Positions 19,114 to 27,811 of a DNA stretch of 64,000 nucleotides are shown here, one piece after another. The DNA is taken from IMG/VR virus record IMGVR_UViG_3300044691_000274, positions 1 to 64,000 of that record; one strand, 5' to 3'. The notes below the pieces were generated by a model. It saw only the letters and a program-made list of their open reading frames with translations. It searched no databases and was not told the DNA's origin. The position numbers and the translations under genes were made by a program. Position 1 is the first letter of the stretch. Every line of letters starts with the position of its first letter. Source of the DNA: a virus.

Positions 19114-21513
19114 ATGATTACTTTCTATACGTCAGCCAAGGCGGAGTCGGCAGAGGCCATCTTCGGCAAGTCGCTGAAGTCGTTCCGCCCGAACATCCCC
19201 ACCCATCGGTTCGTCCCGCGCAAGGAGGGCGTCGCGCTGCCCAAGCCTGAGCCGGGCGAGGTGGTCATCGTCTGCGGCCCGTGGTGCTTCCTGGACGTGC
19301 AATTGGCCGGCCTGGCGCCGAAGAACCGGTCCCTCAATTCAATGCGGGAGCGTGCAATTGCCTGCAATGGCGGCTGGTATCTGCTGACGTTCGACCCGAG
19401 CGTGCTCCAGACCGAGCCGGAGAAGCGGGAGATCATCGACTGGGACGTCCGCCTCGCCCACCGCCTGATGACCACCGGGGACCTTAAGCCCAAGGTCGGG
19501 GATTACGTTTGGGTGGCCTCCTATGCGCAGTTAATTGCAGACATCGAAGCCGAGTTCGAGAAGACCGGCAAGCCGGTGAAAGTCAGCTTCGACACCGAGA
19601 CCATGGGGCTTTACCCCTGGTATCCGAAAAAGGACTTCGTCTGCCTTCAGGTCACGCATCGCAAGGGCCGCTCCGAGCTGATCTACCTTGGCCAGTCCCG
19701 CGCGCACCCGATCGAGCTTGAGGCCGGCATCCTCGACCAAATCAAGTGGCTGCTGAACAGCCCCAAGGTCCGCCTGCGCATGGCGAACGGCAAATACGAC
19801 CTGATCTGGATCAAGGAGAAGTGGAACATCGACTGCACGAACTTCACGTTCGACACGCTGCTGGTCGGCTCACTGCTCGACGAGAACCGGAGCGGCTCCC
19901 TCAACATCCACGCCAAGCTGTTCACCGATTTCGGGGGCTACGACGACGACTTCAACGCCAAGTTCGACAAAGGCAAGATGGACGAGGTCCCGGTCGAGGA
20001 CATGCTCGTCTACGCGGGCGGGGACACCGACGCCTGCTACCAGGTGGCCGACATCATGCAGGCCGAGCTAGACGAGGACCCAGCGCTCAAACGGTTCTAC
20101 GTGACCATCCTGCACCCGGCGGCGCGCGCGTTCGAGAAGATCGAGCGGCGCGGAGTCCTGATCGACCAGGAGAAGTTCGCCATCCTCCGGCAGGACCTGC
20201 AGAAGGCCATCAAGGACAGCCAGAACGCCCAGATGGACCTGCTGCCGCCGAAGATGCGGATCAAGTGGATGGACCGCATCGACGACCAGCTGGCGCAGGG
20301 CAAGAACCCGCTGCTGCCCTCGATCGTCAACGAATACTTTTTCACCCCGCACGGCCTGAACCTCAAGCCGCAGCTCTACACGCCGAAGGACAAGAAGGCA
20401 TCGCTTGCGAAGGCCCACCTCCGCCTGGTTGGAGAAGGGCACCCGGTGGCCGGCAAGCTGATCGCGGAGATGACGATAGGCGACTCTGCGTCCAAGACGC
20501 TGTCGACCTTCGTGGACGGCTTCCTCAAGCACCTGCGTCCGGATGGCCGCTTCCACCCGAGCTACATGCTGTTCCACGGTGGCTTCGGCGACGGCGACGA
20601 GGACGACGCGGGCACCACCACCGGCCGGCTGAGCGCCAAGGAGCCCGCCTTCCAGATCATCCCCAAGAAGACCAAGTGGGCCAAGCGTATCCGCGAGTGT
20701 TACATCGCGCCTCCCGGCAAAGTCATCGTCTCGATCGACTATAGCCAAGGTGAACTGCGCGTCGTCGCGTGCTTCGCGCCAGAGAAGACGATGATCCAAG
20801 CCTACAAAGACAACCTTGATCTGCACGCGGTGACGGGCGCGCGGCTCGCGGGGGTGGACTTCAAGGAGTTCATCACCTGGAAAGACCACAGCGACAAAGA
20901 ATTGGCGGACCTTTTCGACAAGCACAGAGGGAACGCCAAGCCTGCGAACTTTGGGCTGCTCTATGGTCAGATGGCCCCAGGCTTCATGGCTTACGCTTAT
21001 GCCAACTACAATATCAAGCTTACACTGGCCCAAGCCGAAGAGATGCGGGACGCTTTCTTCAGCCTATACCCAGGGTTGCTTGACTTCCACAAACGCCAGA
21101 TCAACATCACTGGCCTGCACGGAGAAGTGCGCAGCCCGCTCGGCCGCATCCGCCACCTCCCCAACATCTGGAGCAAAATCGGCGCCATCCGAATGAAGGC
21201 GGAGCGCCAGGGGATCAACGCCCCGATCCAATCGTGCCTGGCCGACATGATGGAATGGGCGATCGCGCTCATAAACGACGCGTTCCCGAACGAAGAGGTC
21301 CAGGTGGTCGGCAACATCCACGACGCGCTCATCGCCTATATCGACGAGGACAAGGTCGAGGCCATCCTGCCGCAGGTCATGGAGATCATGTCCACCCTGC
21401 CGCTCCACAAGATGGATTGGCACCCGCAGGTGCAGTTCACGGTCGACGGCGAGTACGGCTCCAACCTGGCCAACATGAAGAAGTTCAAGCCAGCCCTAAA
21501 ACTTGCCGCCTGA
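19114..21513 (+). CDS. polA: Family A DNA polymerase with 3'-5' exonuclease and a degenerate UDG-like N-terminal domain
   Basis: Exo I FDTET, exo II NGKYD, exo III YAGGD; TTTGRLS; motif A DYSQGELR; motif B RGNAKPANFGLLYG; motif C IHDA. Confidence 0.95.
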   Translation: MITFYTSAKAESAEAIFGKSLKSFRPNIPTHRFVPRKEGVALPKPEPGEVVIVCGPWCFLDVQLAGLAPKNRSLNSMRERAIACNGGWYLLTFDPSVLQTEPEKREIIDWDVRLAHRLMTTGDLKPKVGDYVWVASYAQLIADIEAEFEKTGKPVKVSFDTETMGLYPWYPKKDFVCLQVTHRKGRSELIYLGQSRAHPIELEAGILDQIKWLLNSPKVRLRMANGKYDLIWIKEKWNIDCTNFTFDTLLVGSLLDENRSGSLNIHAKLFTDFGGYDDDFNAKFDKGKMDEVPVEDMLVYAGGDTDACYQVADIMQAELDEDPALKRFYVTILHPAARAFEKIERRGVLIDQEKFAILRQDLQKAIKDSQNAQMDLLPPKMRIKWMDRIDDQLAQGKNPLLPSIVNEYFFTPHGLNLKPQLYTPKDKKASLAKAHLRLVGEGHPVAGKLIAEMTIGDSASKTLSTFVDGFLKHLRPDGRFHPSYMLFHGGFGDGDEDDAGTTTGRLSAKEPAFQIIPKKTKWAKRIRECYIAPPGKVIVSIDYSQGELRVVACFAPEKTMIQAYKDNLDLHAVTGARLAGVDFKEFITWKDHSDKELADLFDKHRGNAKPANFGLLYGQMAPGFMAYAYANYNIKLTLAQAEEMRDAFFSLYPGLLDFHKRQINITGLHGEVRSPLGRIRHLPNIWSKIGAIRMKAERQGINAPIQSCLADMMEWAIALINDAFPNEEVQVVGNIHDALIAYIDEDKVEAILPQVMEIMSTLPLHKMDWHPQVQFTVDGEYGSNLANMKKFKPALKLAA

Positions 21514-21603
21514 GTGCAAATACTTGCAAACCCTATTTGCAGGTGGCGCTCGACTCTGCCAACGATGAGAGCGATAGTGGCTTCGTTGAAACAGGAGCCC
21601 CCG

Positions 21604-21756
21604 ATGTTCGTGCTTGAGACCAAAGACAGCCAGCGCGCCAAATGGCGCCGTGTCAAATACCTTGCCGCCTTCGCAACGCGAGAGGCCGCGCAAGGTTGGA
21701 TCGACGACTTCGACAACGGCGGCGGCCAAGGCGTGTTCCGGATCACCGAACTCTGA
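21604..21756 (+). CDS. Small hypothetical protein
   Basis: AGGAG upstream; followed by terminator. Confidence 0.5.
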   Translation: MFVLETKDSQRAKWRRVKYLAAFATREAAQGWIDDFDNGGGQGVFRITEL

Positions 21757-21760
21757 ACTT

Positions 21761-21790
21761 AAAGAGGGGGCTTGAGGTCCCCCTTCTTTT
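21761..21790 (+). terminator. Intrinsic terminator between replication and head modules
   Basis: AGGGGG..CCCCCT stem followed by TCTTTT. Confidence 0.65.
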
Positions 21791-21911
21791 CCTGTACGGT
21801 CATGCAATCAACTGCACTGACTCCCGGCTTGCCGGACCAGCAGTGCAGCGTCCGTAGGCGACGCAGTATGTGCAATTGATTGCAAACGCTGCTGAGCCGG
21901 TGGAGGTTCGC

Positions 21912-23909
21912 ATGGTCGATCAAGTCGTCAAGGACGGCGAGAAGCCTGTTCAGCAAGTGCTGCGCTTGGTTGTGCCCAACGCTGGCATCCGCACGGACTT
22001 GGCCGGCCTACGCAAGGACCTCGGACCGCATGGTGGCAACACCAAAGGCAAGGACGGCACGGACGCCATCCAGGACAACGTCTTCGAGCCGGAAGACGAA
22101 TATCAGCAGCTCTACGTCGGCGCGACGCGCGACCAGGGCGTGATCCAGCCCCCGTACAATCCCCGCCAGCTCGACTATCTGAGCCAGCAGAACAACACGC
22201 TCGGCCCCTGCATCGAGGCGATGGTCACGAACGTCGACGGGACCGGCTACGACTTCGTCTCGGAAGACACCGACGAGGACGACGCCCAGGACGACCCGAA
22301 GGTCGACGAGCTAGAAGAGTTCTTCGCTCAGCCGTGGCCCGACATGTCCTTCCTGGAGATGCGCAAAATCCTGCGGCGCGACGAGGAGCGCACCGGCAAC
22401 GCCTATATCGAAGTCCTGCGGAACGCCCAAGACGAAGTCGTCATGTTCCGGCACATCGACGCGAAGATGATGCGGATGCTGCGCCTCGACGACGCCATCC
22501 CGGTAGACAAGACCGTGAACCGACAGGGCAAAGACATCACGCTCAAAGTCATGTCCCGAGAGCGCCGTTATTGCCAGCTCGTCAACGGCGTAACCCTGAT
22601 GTATTTCAAGGAGTTCGGCGCTTGCCGGGACCTCCATAAGAAGACGGCTGTGTGGTCGCCCCAAGGCCAGCGCCTGCCGGCGGCGCAGCGCGCGACCGAG
22701 GTCATTCACTTCACGCTGATCCCCGACGCGCACACGCCTTACGGCATCCCGCGCTGGATCATGCAGACCCCGTCCATCCTCGGCTCGCGCCAGGCGGAAG
22801 AGTTCAACCTTGAGTTTTTCAAGAGCGGCGGCATCCCGCCGGTGATGGTCATCCTGCAGGGGGGCACGCTCCAGGCCAAGACCCGCCAGGCGATCGAGAA
22901 CATGAACGCGGGCGACGCCTCGAAGAAGAACCGGATGCAGGTGCTCGAAGTCGAGCCCACGGCAGGCAGCCTGGACAAGGCAGGCGTAGCCAAGGTGACG
23001 GTCGAGCGCTTCGGGTCGGATCGCCAGAAGGACTCGATGTTCGAGGAATACGACGCCAAGTGCGAGGAGCGCGTCCGCCGCGCCTTCCGCCTGCCGCCGA
23101 TGTTCCTGGGGCAGTCCAAGGATTACAATTTCGCGACAGCCTTCGCCTCGTACACGGTGGCCGAGGCCCAGGTGTTCAAGCCGGAGCGCGAGGCGTTCGA
23201 CATGGTCATCTCGATGAAGCTCCTGCCCGCCATGGGCTACGAGGGCTATAAGATGCGGTCGAAGAAGTTGGTCATCGAAGACGCGACCCTGAAGCTGCAA
23301 GGCATGGAGGTGATCATGGCCATGGGCGACCAGGTGGAGCCAGGCGACGTGGTCAAGGCGGTCAACGACATCACCGGCACCACGCTCAAGGTCTCCGACA
23401 ACGCCCCCGACCTCGCCGCCAAGCAACAGCAGCAGGTCCAGCAGACGATGATGCAGCACCAGATCGGCATGGCGCAAGCGAACGCTGGCGCGGGCGCCGC
23501 GAACAAGGGAGCGATCAAGCCGATCAACCCCCAGCCCAAGTCTCCGACAGGTCTCCCCGTACCAGGCAGTATTAGGGCCAACGGCGGCAACCCAGGCGCC
23601 ATCAAGCCGAAGCAGTTGCCAGGCGTCATGGGAGGCGCCGGAACGCCTGTGGCCGCGCCTACGCGCAAGACCGACATGACGATCCCGGAGTTCGCCATGC
23701 ACGCCGTCAAGGCTCTGCGCAAGCGCGACCTTATCGAACTGGCTTGGGTCCTCCCGATCATCGGCGGCCTCGACGAGGACAGCCGGGCTCAGTTCGACGC
23801 GGCGACCGCCGACTTGGCGTTCGTCGACACCACCTACGATCCGGCGGGTCTCGCAGCCCTCGCCAGCGCGACGATGGACGTCATGGCCGGCTGCGGCCAC
23901 AGCCACTGA
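21912..23909 (+). CDS. Portal protein (PBSX/XkdE-like) with Gln/Pro/Gly-rich extension
   Basis: D.ERTGNAYIEV.RN, EVIHF, YGIPRW, N.EFF..GGIP, AFRLPPMFLG, NFATA; GGAGG upstream. Confidence 0.9.
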   Translation: MVDQVVKDGEKPVQQVLRLVVPNAGIRTDLAGLRKDLGPHGGNTKGKDGTDAIQDNVFEPEDEYQQLYVGATRDQGVIQPPYNPRQLDYLSQQNNTLGPCIEAMVTNVDGTGYDFVSEDTDEDDAQDDPKVDELEEFFAQPWPDMSFLEMRKILRRDEERTGNAYIEVLRNAQDEVVMFRHIDAKMMRMLRLDDAIPVDKTVNRQGKDITLKVMSRERRYCQLVNGVTLMYFKEFGACRDLHKKTAVWSPQGQRLPAAQRATEVIHFTLIPDAHTPYGIPRWIMQTPSILGSRQAEEFNLEFFKSGGIPPVMVILQGGTLQAKTRQAIENMNAGDASKKNRMQVLEVEPTAGSLDKAGVAKVTVERFGSDRQKDSMFEEYDAKCEERVRRAFRLPPMFLGQSKDYNFATAFASYTVAEAQVFKPEREAFDMVISMKLLPAMGYEGYKMRSKKLVIEDATLKLQGMEVIMAMGDQVEPGDVVKAVNDITGTTLKVSDNAPDLAAKQQQQVQQTMMQHQIGMAQANAGAGAANKGAIKPINPQPKSPTGLPVPGSIRANGGNPGAIKPKQLPGVMGGAGTPVAAPTRKTDMTIPEFAMHAVKALRKRDLIELAWVLPIIGGLDEDSRAQFDAATADLAFVDTTYDPAGLAALASATMDVMAGCGHSH

Positions 23910-23919
23910 GGAGACGACA

Positions 23920-24375
23920 ATGTTGAATTTCGACAAGGTCAAGAAGGAAGAGATGCTGCGCGAGTCGCATGTCGACCCTCTGGTCGAGGGCCTGATCAAG
24001 GCCGAGAACGAGCGGCATCCGACGGGTCAGTTCAAGCTGGGTCCGGCCGGATCGCAGAAGAAGCTCGGCGGCATGGCGTTCGACGCCGCGCGCGAGCATA
24101 TCGACAATTGCGAGAAGGCGGCCCAGGCCGGCAAGGCCGACGAGGCGCAGTTCCACGCGAACATGTCGCAGCAATATGCGGGCATCGGCGTCCAGAACCA
24201 CATGATGGGCGGCTACCTCCAGAACCCCCAGCAGATGACTGGGTTCGGCGACGGAAGCAGAGCCGGAGCACCTCAGCCGGGAGCAGGAGCGGCGCCAGGC
24301 GGCGGGAAGCCGGCGCAGCGTCAGAAGTCCGACATCGACAAGGCCGTCGAAGCCATCAAGGCCCTCGGCGCGTAA
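23920..24375 (+). CDS. Putative internal head protein
   Basis: Between portal and MuF; GAGGAG upstream; RHPTGQF motif. Confidence 0.55.
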   Translation: MLNFDKVKKEEMLRESHVDPLVEGLIKAENERHPTGQFKLGPAGSQKKLGGMAFDAAREHIDNCEKAAQAGKADEAQFHANMSQQYAGIGVQNHMMGGYLQNPQQMTGFGDGSRAGAPQPGAGAAPGGGKPAQRQKSDIDKAVEAIKALGA

Positions 24376-24411
24376 TCCGTGCAATCACTTGCACTTCAAT
24401 AGGAGAGCACC

Positions 24412-24819
24412 ATGACGCATTTTGCTAGGGTTCCACCGGCGCGCGCGGCGCGCATGGTCAAGGACTCGAACTTCTTCTCGGGCGACCAAGGCGGGGCGGA
24501 CGCAGGCGCGGCCGGGCAGTCGATGCCAGCATACCCCCAGCCGTCGCCGGCCAGCCACATGAACGAGATCGCCGATCGCCACGATCGCGAGTCCGACCTG
24601 CACAGCAACATCTCGAACCAGACCGCGATGGCCAATATGCCCAAGCGATCGAACGAGCATCAGCAGATCGCTGACCAGCACAAGCTTGCGGCGGGCCACT
24701 ACCGCGCGGCGGCCAACTCCCTCGGAAACGGGGCCGACAAGGCAGCGGCGGCACCCCATCTCAAGCAAGCGCGCGCGTGCGCTGGACAAGCTGGCGAATT
24801 GAGCAAATGTGGGAACTGA
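24412..24819 (+). CDS. Putative internal head protein (His/Ala-rich helices)
   Basis: AGGAG upstream; starts MTHFAR. Confidence 0.55.
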   Translation: MTHFARVPPARAARMVKDSNFFSGDQGGADAGAAGQSMPAYPQPSPASHMNEIADRHDRESDLHSNISNQTAMANMPKRSNEHQQIADQHKLAAGHYRAAANSLGNGADKAAAAPHLKQARACAGQAGELSKCGN

Positions 24820-24879
24820 AAGTAACGGGACGCAGGCGCCTGCATGGCTAAAGTGCAAGTGCTTGCAGCGGAGACGACC

Positions 24880-25104
24880 ATGACCCACTTCACACGGATG
24901 GAAAAGGGCGATCAGCCCCGCGATGCCGACGGCAAGTTCGGCTCAGGCGGCGGGGAAGGACCCCGTGCTGAGGACAAGTTCAATAAAGGCCAGAAGGTCA
25001 AGACCCGCTACGGCGAGACAAAAACCGTCGCGAGCGTCAACCACCCGATGGTTACGACGACCGACGGCAGCGATTACCACCACACGAAGGTTTTCGCGAG
25101 CTAA
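24880..25104 (+). CDS. Putative internal head protein
   Basis: GGAG upstream; starts MTHFTR; PRDADGKFGSG motif then an SH3/KOW-like segment. Confidence 0.55.
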   Translation: MTHFTRMEKGDQPRDADGKFGSGGGEGPRAEDKFNKGQKVKTRYGETKTVASVNHPMVTTTDGSDYHHTKVFAS

Positions 25105-25106
25105 CG

Positions 25107-27035
25107 GTGAAGATCGAACCCAAAGCCTTCCTCGCCATTGAGCGGTCAATGGCCGCAGCCATGCACGCCGAGTGGGACCGTCTGGCGTCCTCGGTGTTCG
25201 TGAAGCTGCGTGAGAAGCTTGAGGCCAAGGATTGGGCCGGCGCGGAGACGCTCGCCAATGAGCTGACGCTCAAAGGTGTGGTTCAATCCGTCCGGCCCAA
25301 GCTCGAAGAACTGGCGACCTCCGCCTTGCTCTTCGGCGCCCACCGGGTGACGGGGGACGTCTCCACGACCAAGTTCACCAAGGGCAAGGTCATCCCCAAG
25401 GAGCTGCACACGGCGATCGACCAGCTGGAGCACGCGATCGAGCACGACGCCTCCGATTTCGTCCGCAAGCAGCTGCACGGCAAGATCGCAGCCATGAAGG
25501 TGGCGGACCCCCGCGCGCACATGCAGAAGGACTCGATCTACGACGAGCCCTCCAAGCGACCGGACCGGCAGACCGACGAGGAATATCCTCCGGAGCCTGA
25601 CGAGGACGGCGAGACGGCGCGCGCGCAGGAGAAGCTCTACGGCCAGGCAGGCTACGCGGCGAAGGACGACCTGTCGACCGAACAGCTGGCAGAGACCGGG
25701 GGCCTCCTAGAGCCCGAGCAGTCCGAAAAATCCCGCAAACTTCGGACAAAGAAGTCAGTCGTTGAGACGCTCTACGTCTACCGGCCGCTGAAGAACGCCG
25801 AGCAAGTGATCGCTTGGGCGAAGGGCCAGGGGTTCGAGACCTGCCTGCAGCCGGACGACATGCACGTCACGATTTGCTACAGCAAGACCCCCGTGGACTG
25901 GACCCTCTTCGATCCGGACCCGAGCGTCCTAATCGTCTCGCCCGCGTTCGACCGCGACGTCCTGCAGTTCGGCAAGGCGGCGGTGCTGACGTTTCACTCG
26001 GACGCGCTGTTGGCCCGCCACGAGCACTTCGAGGCGGTCGGCGGTGCCAGCTACGATTTCGACGAATATAAGCCGCACGTCACGCTCAGCTGGAAAGACT
26101 GGGTCCCGGTGGACTCCACCTATCACGGCCCGCTCGTGTTCGGCCCGGAGGTGTTCGAGAAGATCGAGGACGACTGGGCGGCCGACATCGTCGAGAAGGC
26201 CGAGATCGACCTGATCTCCCAGCTCAACGACGCGGTCCAGAACGGCGGCAAGGTGGCGATCGACCTCGGCGCCAGCATGACCACCTCCCGCCTGGTCTCG
26301 CTCGGCTTCCTCTCGCAAGCGCAGGCGTCCGGCCACTCGAAGTATCGGGTGGACGAGGTGCTCGACGACAAGACCTGCCCGGTCTGCATGCAGATGAACG
26401 GCATGGAGTTCGACGTCGATCAGCAATATGGCCGCACGCTCCAGGCCCTGGGCACCAGCGATCCGGCCGAGCTAGCCTCTATCGCGCCTTGGCCCGAACT
26501 GGCCGACGTGCTGGGTGTGGACGCGGATGAGCTGCAGGGCAACGGCTACGGCGCGCCGCCATACCATCCGTTCTGCCGGGGCATGATGGAACTCGTCGAG
26601 GACGGCGACGTGCAGTTGACTGCGCCAGGCGTAGGAGGTTTCGGTGGGGACGAAGACGACTTGGGTGGAGCGGCCGTCGACATCGGGGCCGGGGCAGCCG
26701 GGCATGGAGGGAACGAGTGGAACGATGACGATGTCCAACAATTGGGTTGGGATCGTTTCGAAGTCACCGATCCCCACGTATTCGCAGACATTGATGCAGC
26801 GTTTGAGGAAGGGGACTACGACCAAGCGCAAGAGATGATCGAGGCGTGGAAGTCCAAGGCGGTGGCGAAGGAAGACATCACCGAAGGCCCCAACGTCCCG
26901 AAGAAAAAGAGGCGCGCGCAGACGCCGGCCGGAGACGCCCAGGACTACGACGACATCCAACAAGACAGCTCGAACGTCTCCTTTGACTCCGGTGTTTCCA
27001 ACGACATGAACGCTCCGCTGGACCGCGACGCCTAA
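25107..27035 (+). CDS. MuF-family minor head protein with internal 2H phosphodiesterase (Acb1-like) domain
   Basis: MuF motifs DDKTCPVC and PPYHPFCRG; paired 2H motifs DDMHVTICYS and YKPHVTLSW at about 25760-26190. Confidence 0.85.
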   Translation: MKIEPKAFLAIERSMAAAMHAEWDRLASSVFVKLREKLEAKDWAGAETLANELTLKGVVQSVRPKLEELATSALLFGAHRVTGDVSTTKFTKGKVIPKELHTAIDQLEHAIEHDASDFVRKQLHGKIAAMKVADPRAHMQKDSIYDEPSKRPDRQTDEEYPPEPDEDGETARAQEKLYGQAGYAAKDDLSTEQLAETGGLLEPEQSEKSRKLRTKKSVVETLYVYRPLKNAEQVIAWAKGQGFETCLQPDDMHVTICYSKTPVDWTLFDPDPSVLIVSPAFDRDVLQFGKAAVLTFHSDALLARHEHFEAVGGASYDFDEYKPHVTLSWKDWVPVDSTYHGPLVFGPEVFEKIEDDWAADIVEKAEIDLISQLNDAVQNGGKVAIDLGASMTTSRLVSLGFLSQAQASGHSKYRVDEVLDDKTCPVCMQMNGMEFDVDQQYGRTLQALGTSDPAELASIAPWPELADVLGVDADELQGNGYGAPPYHPFCRGMMELVEDGDVQLTAPGVGGFGGDEDDLGGAAVDIGAGAAGHGGNEWNDDDVQQLGWDRFEVTDPHVFADIDAAFEEGDYDQAQEMIEAWKSKAVAKEDITEGPNVPKKKRRAQTPAGDAQDYDDIQQDSSNVSFDSGVSNDMNAPLDRDA

Positions 27036-27166
27036 ACTACGCTTGGCTCGCGTTCTGCGCCAAGGTGTGCAATTACTTGCACGCGCCTGTTGCCCCCCTC
27101 GCTTCGATGTGTCACGTCTCTTCGTGTGCAGTTATTTGCACGTGAGGTGATCTGGGGTTCGGACAA

Positions 27167-27811
27167 GTGACTGTGACTGCCCAATTGGTGAAAACCCGGA
27201 AGGCGATCACGGTCCAGGACGCGGTCCAGATCAAGAAGCTCGATCGTGAGGAGCAAGTCGTATTCGGCGAAGTGTACGCGCCAGGTTTTCCGGACTCGCA
27301 GGGCGACTTCATGTCACCCGACGAAATCAAGAAGATGGCCTACAACTTCATGCGTAAGGGGGCGTTGTCGAACATCGACACGAACCACACGCAGACGCCA
27401 AACGGCTCCTACGTGGTCGAAAGCTTCATCGCACGTGACGATGACCCTGTCTTTATTCCGGGTAGCTGGGTCTTGGGCGTCAAAGTCCCTGACCAGGGCG
27501 TCTGGCAGATGGTGAAGTCTGGAGAGCTGAACGGCTTTTCGCTTGATGGGTTCGGGGTCCGCACGGACTCGGTGTTCTCAGTCGAAATGCCCGAGCTGCT
27601 CAAAGGAGAGACCACCGAGGTCTCGGACCATAGCCACGTGTTCACAGTCAAGTTCGACCGCGCGGGCAACTTCCTGGGTGGGACGACTGATCCGGGGCGA
27701 GACGGACACGTGCATAAGATTGCACGAGGCACGGCGACTGAGCGAGCGGGCGTTCCCGCGCACAGCCACCGGTTCTCGTTCGTAGAGGGTGTTCTCAATG
27801 CCTCGTCTTGA
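27167..27811 (+). CDS. XkdF-like prohead serine protease
   Basis: VFGEVYAP..PDSQGD, IDTNH, VVESFIAR, GSWVLG, W..VKSGELNGFS. Confidence 0.88.
   Translation: MTVTAQLVKTRKAITVQDAVQIKKLDREEQVVFGEVYAPGFPDSQGDFMSPDEIKKMAYNFMRKGALSNIDTNHTQTPNGSYVVESFIARDDDPVFIPGSWVLGVKVPDQGVWQMVKSGELNGFSLDGFGVRTDSVFSVEMPELLKGETTEVSDHSHVFTVKFDRAGNFLGGTTDPGRDGHVHKIARGTATERAGVPAHSHRFSFVEGVLNASS

Noticed and set aside
19114-21513. Intron or intein in the polymerase or terminase
   Set aside because: Both ORFs are continuous, of normal length and lack splice motifs
14398-21911. ORF-track starts such as MQLIA.. (14398, 21870; also 58831, 61235)
   Set aside because: Artefacts of NTG codons within the TGCA box; starts with a proper RBS lie downstream
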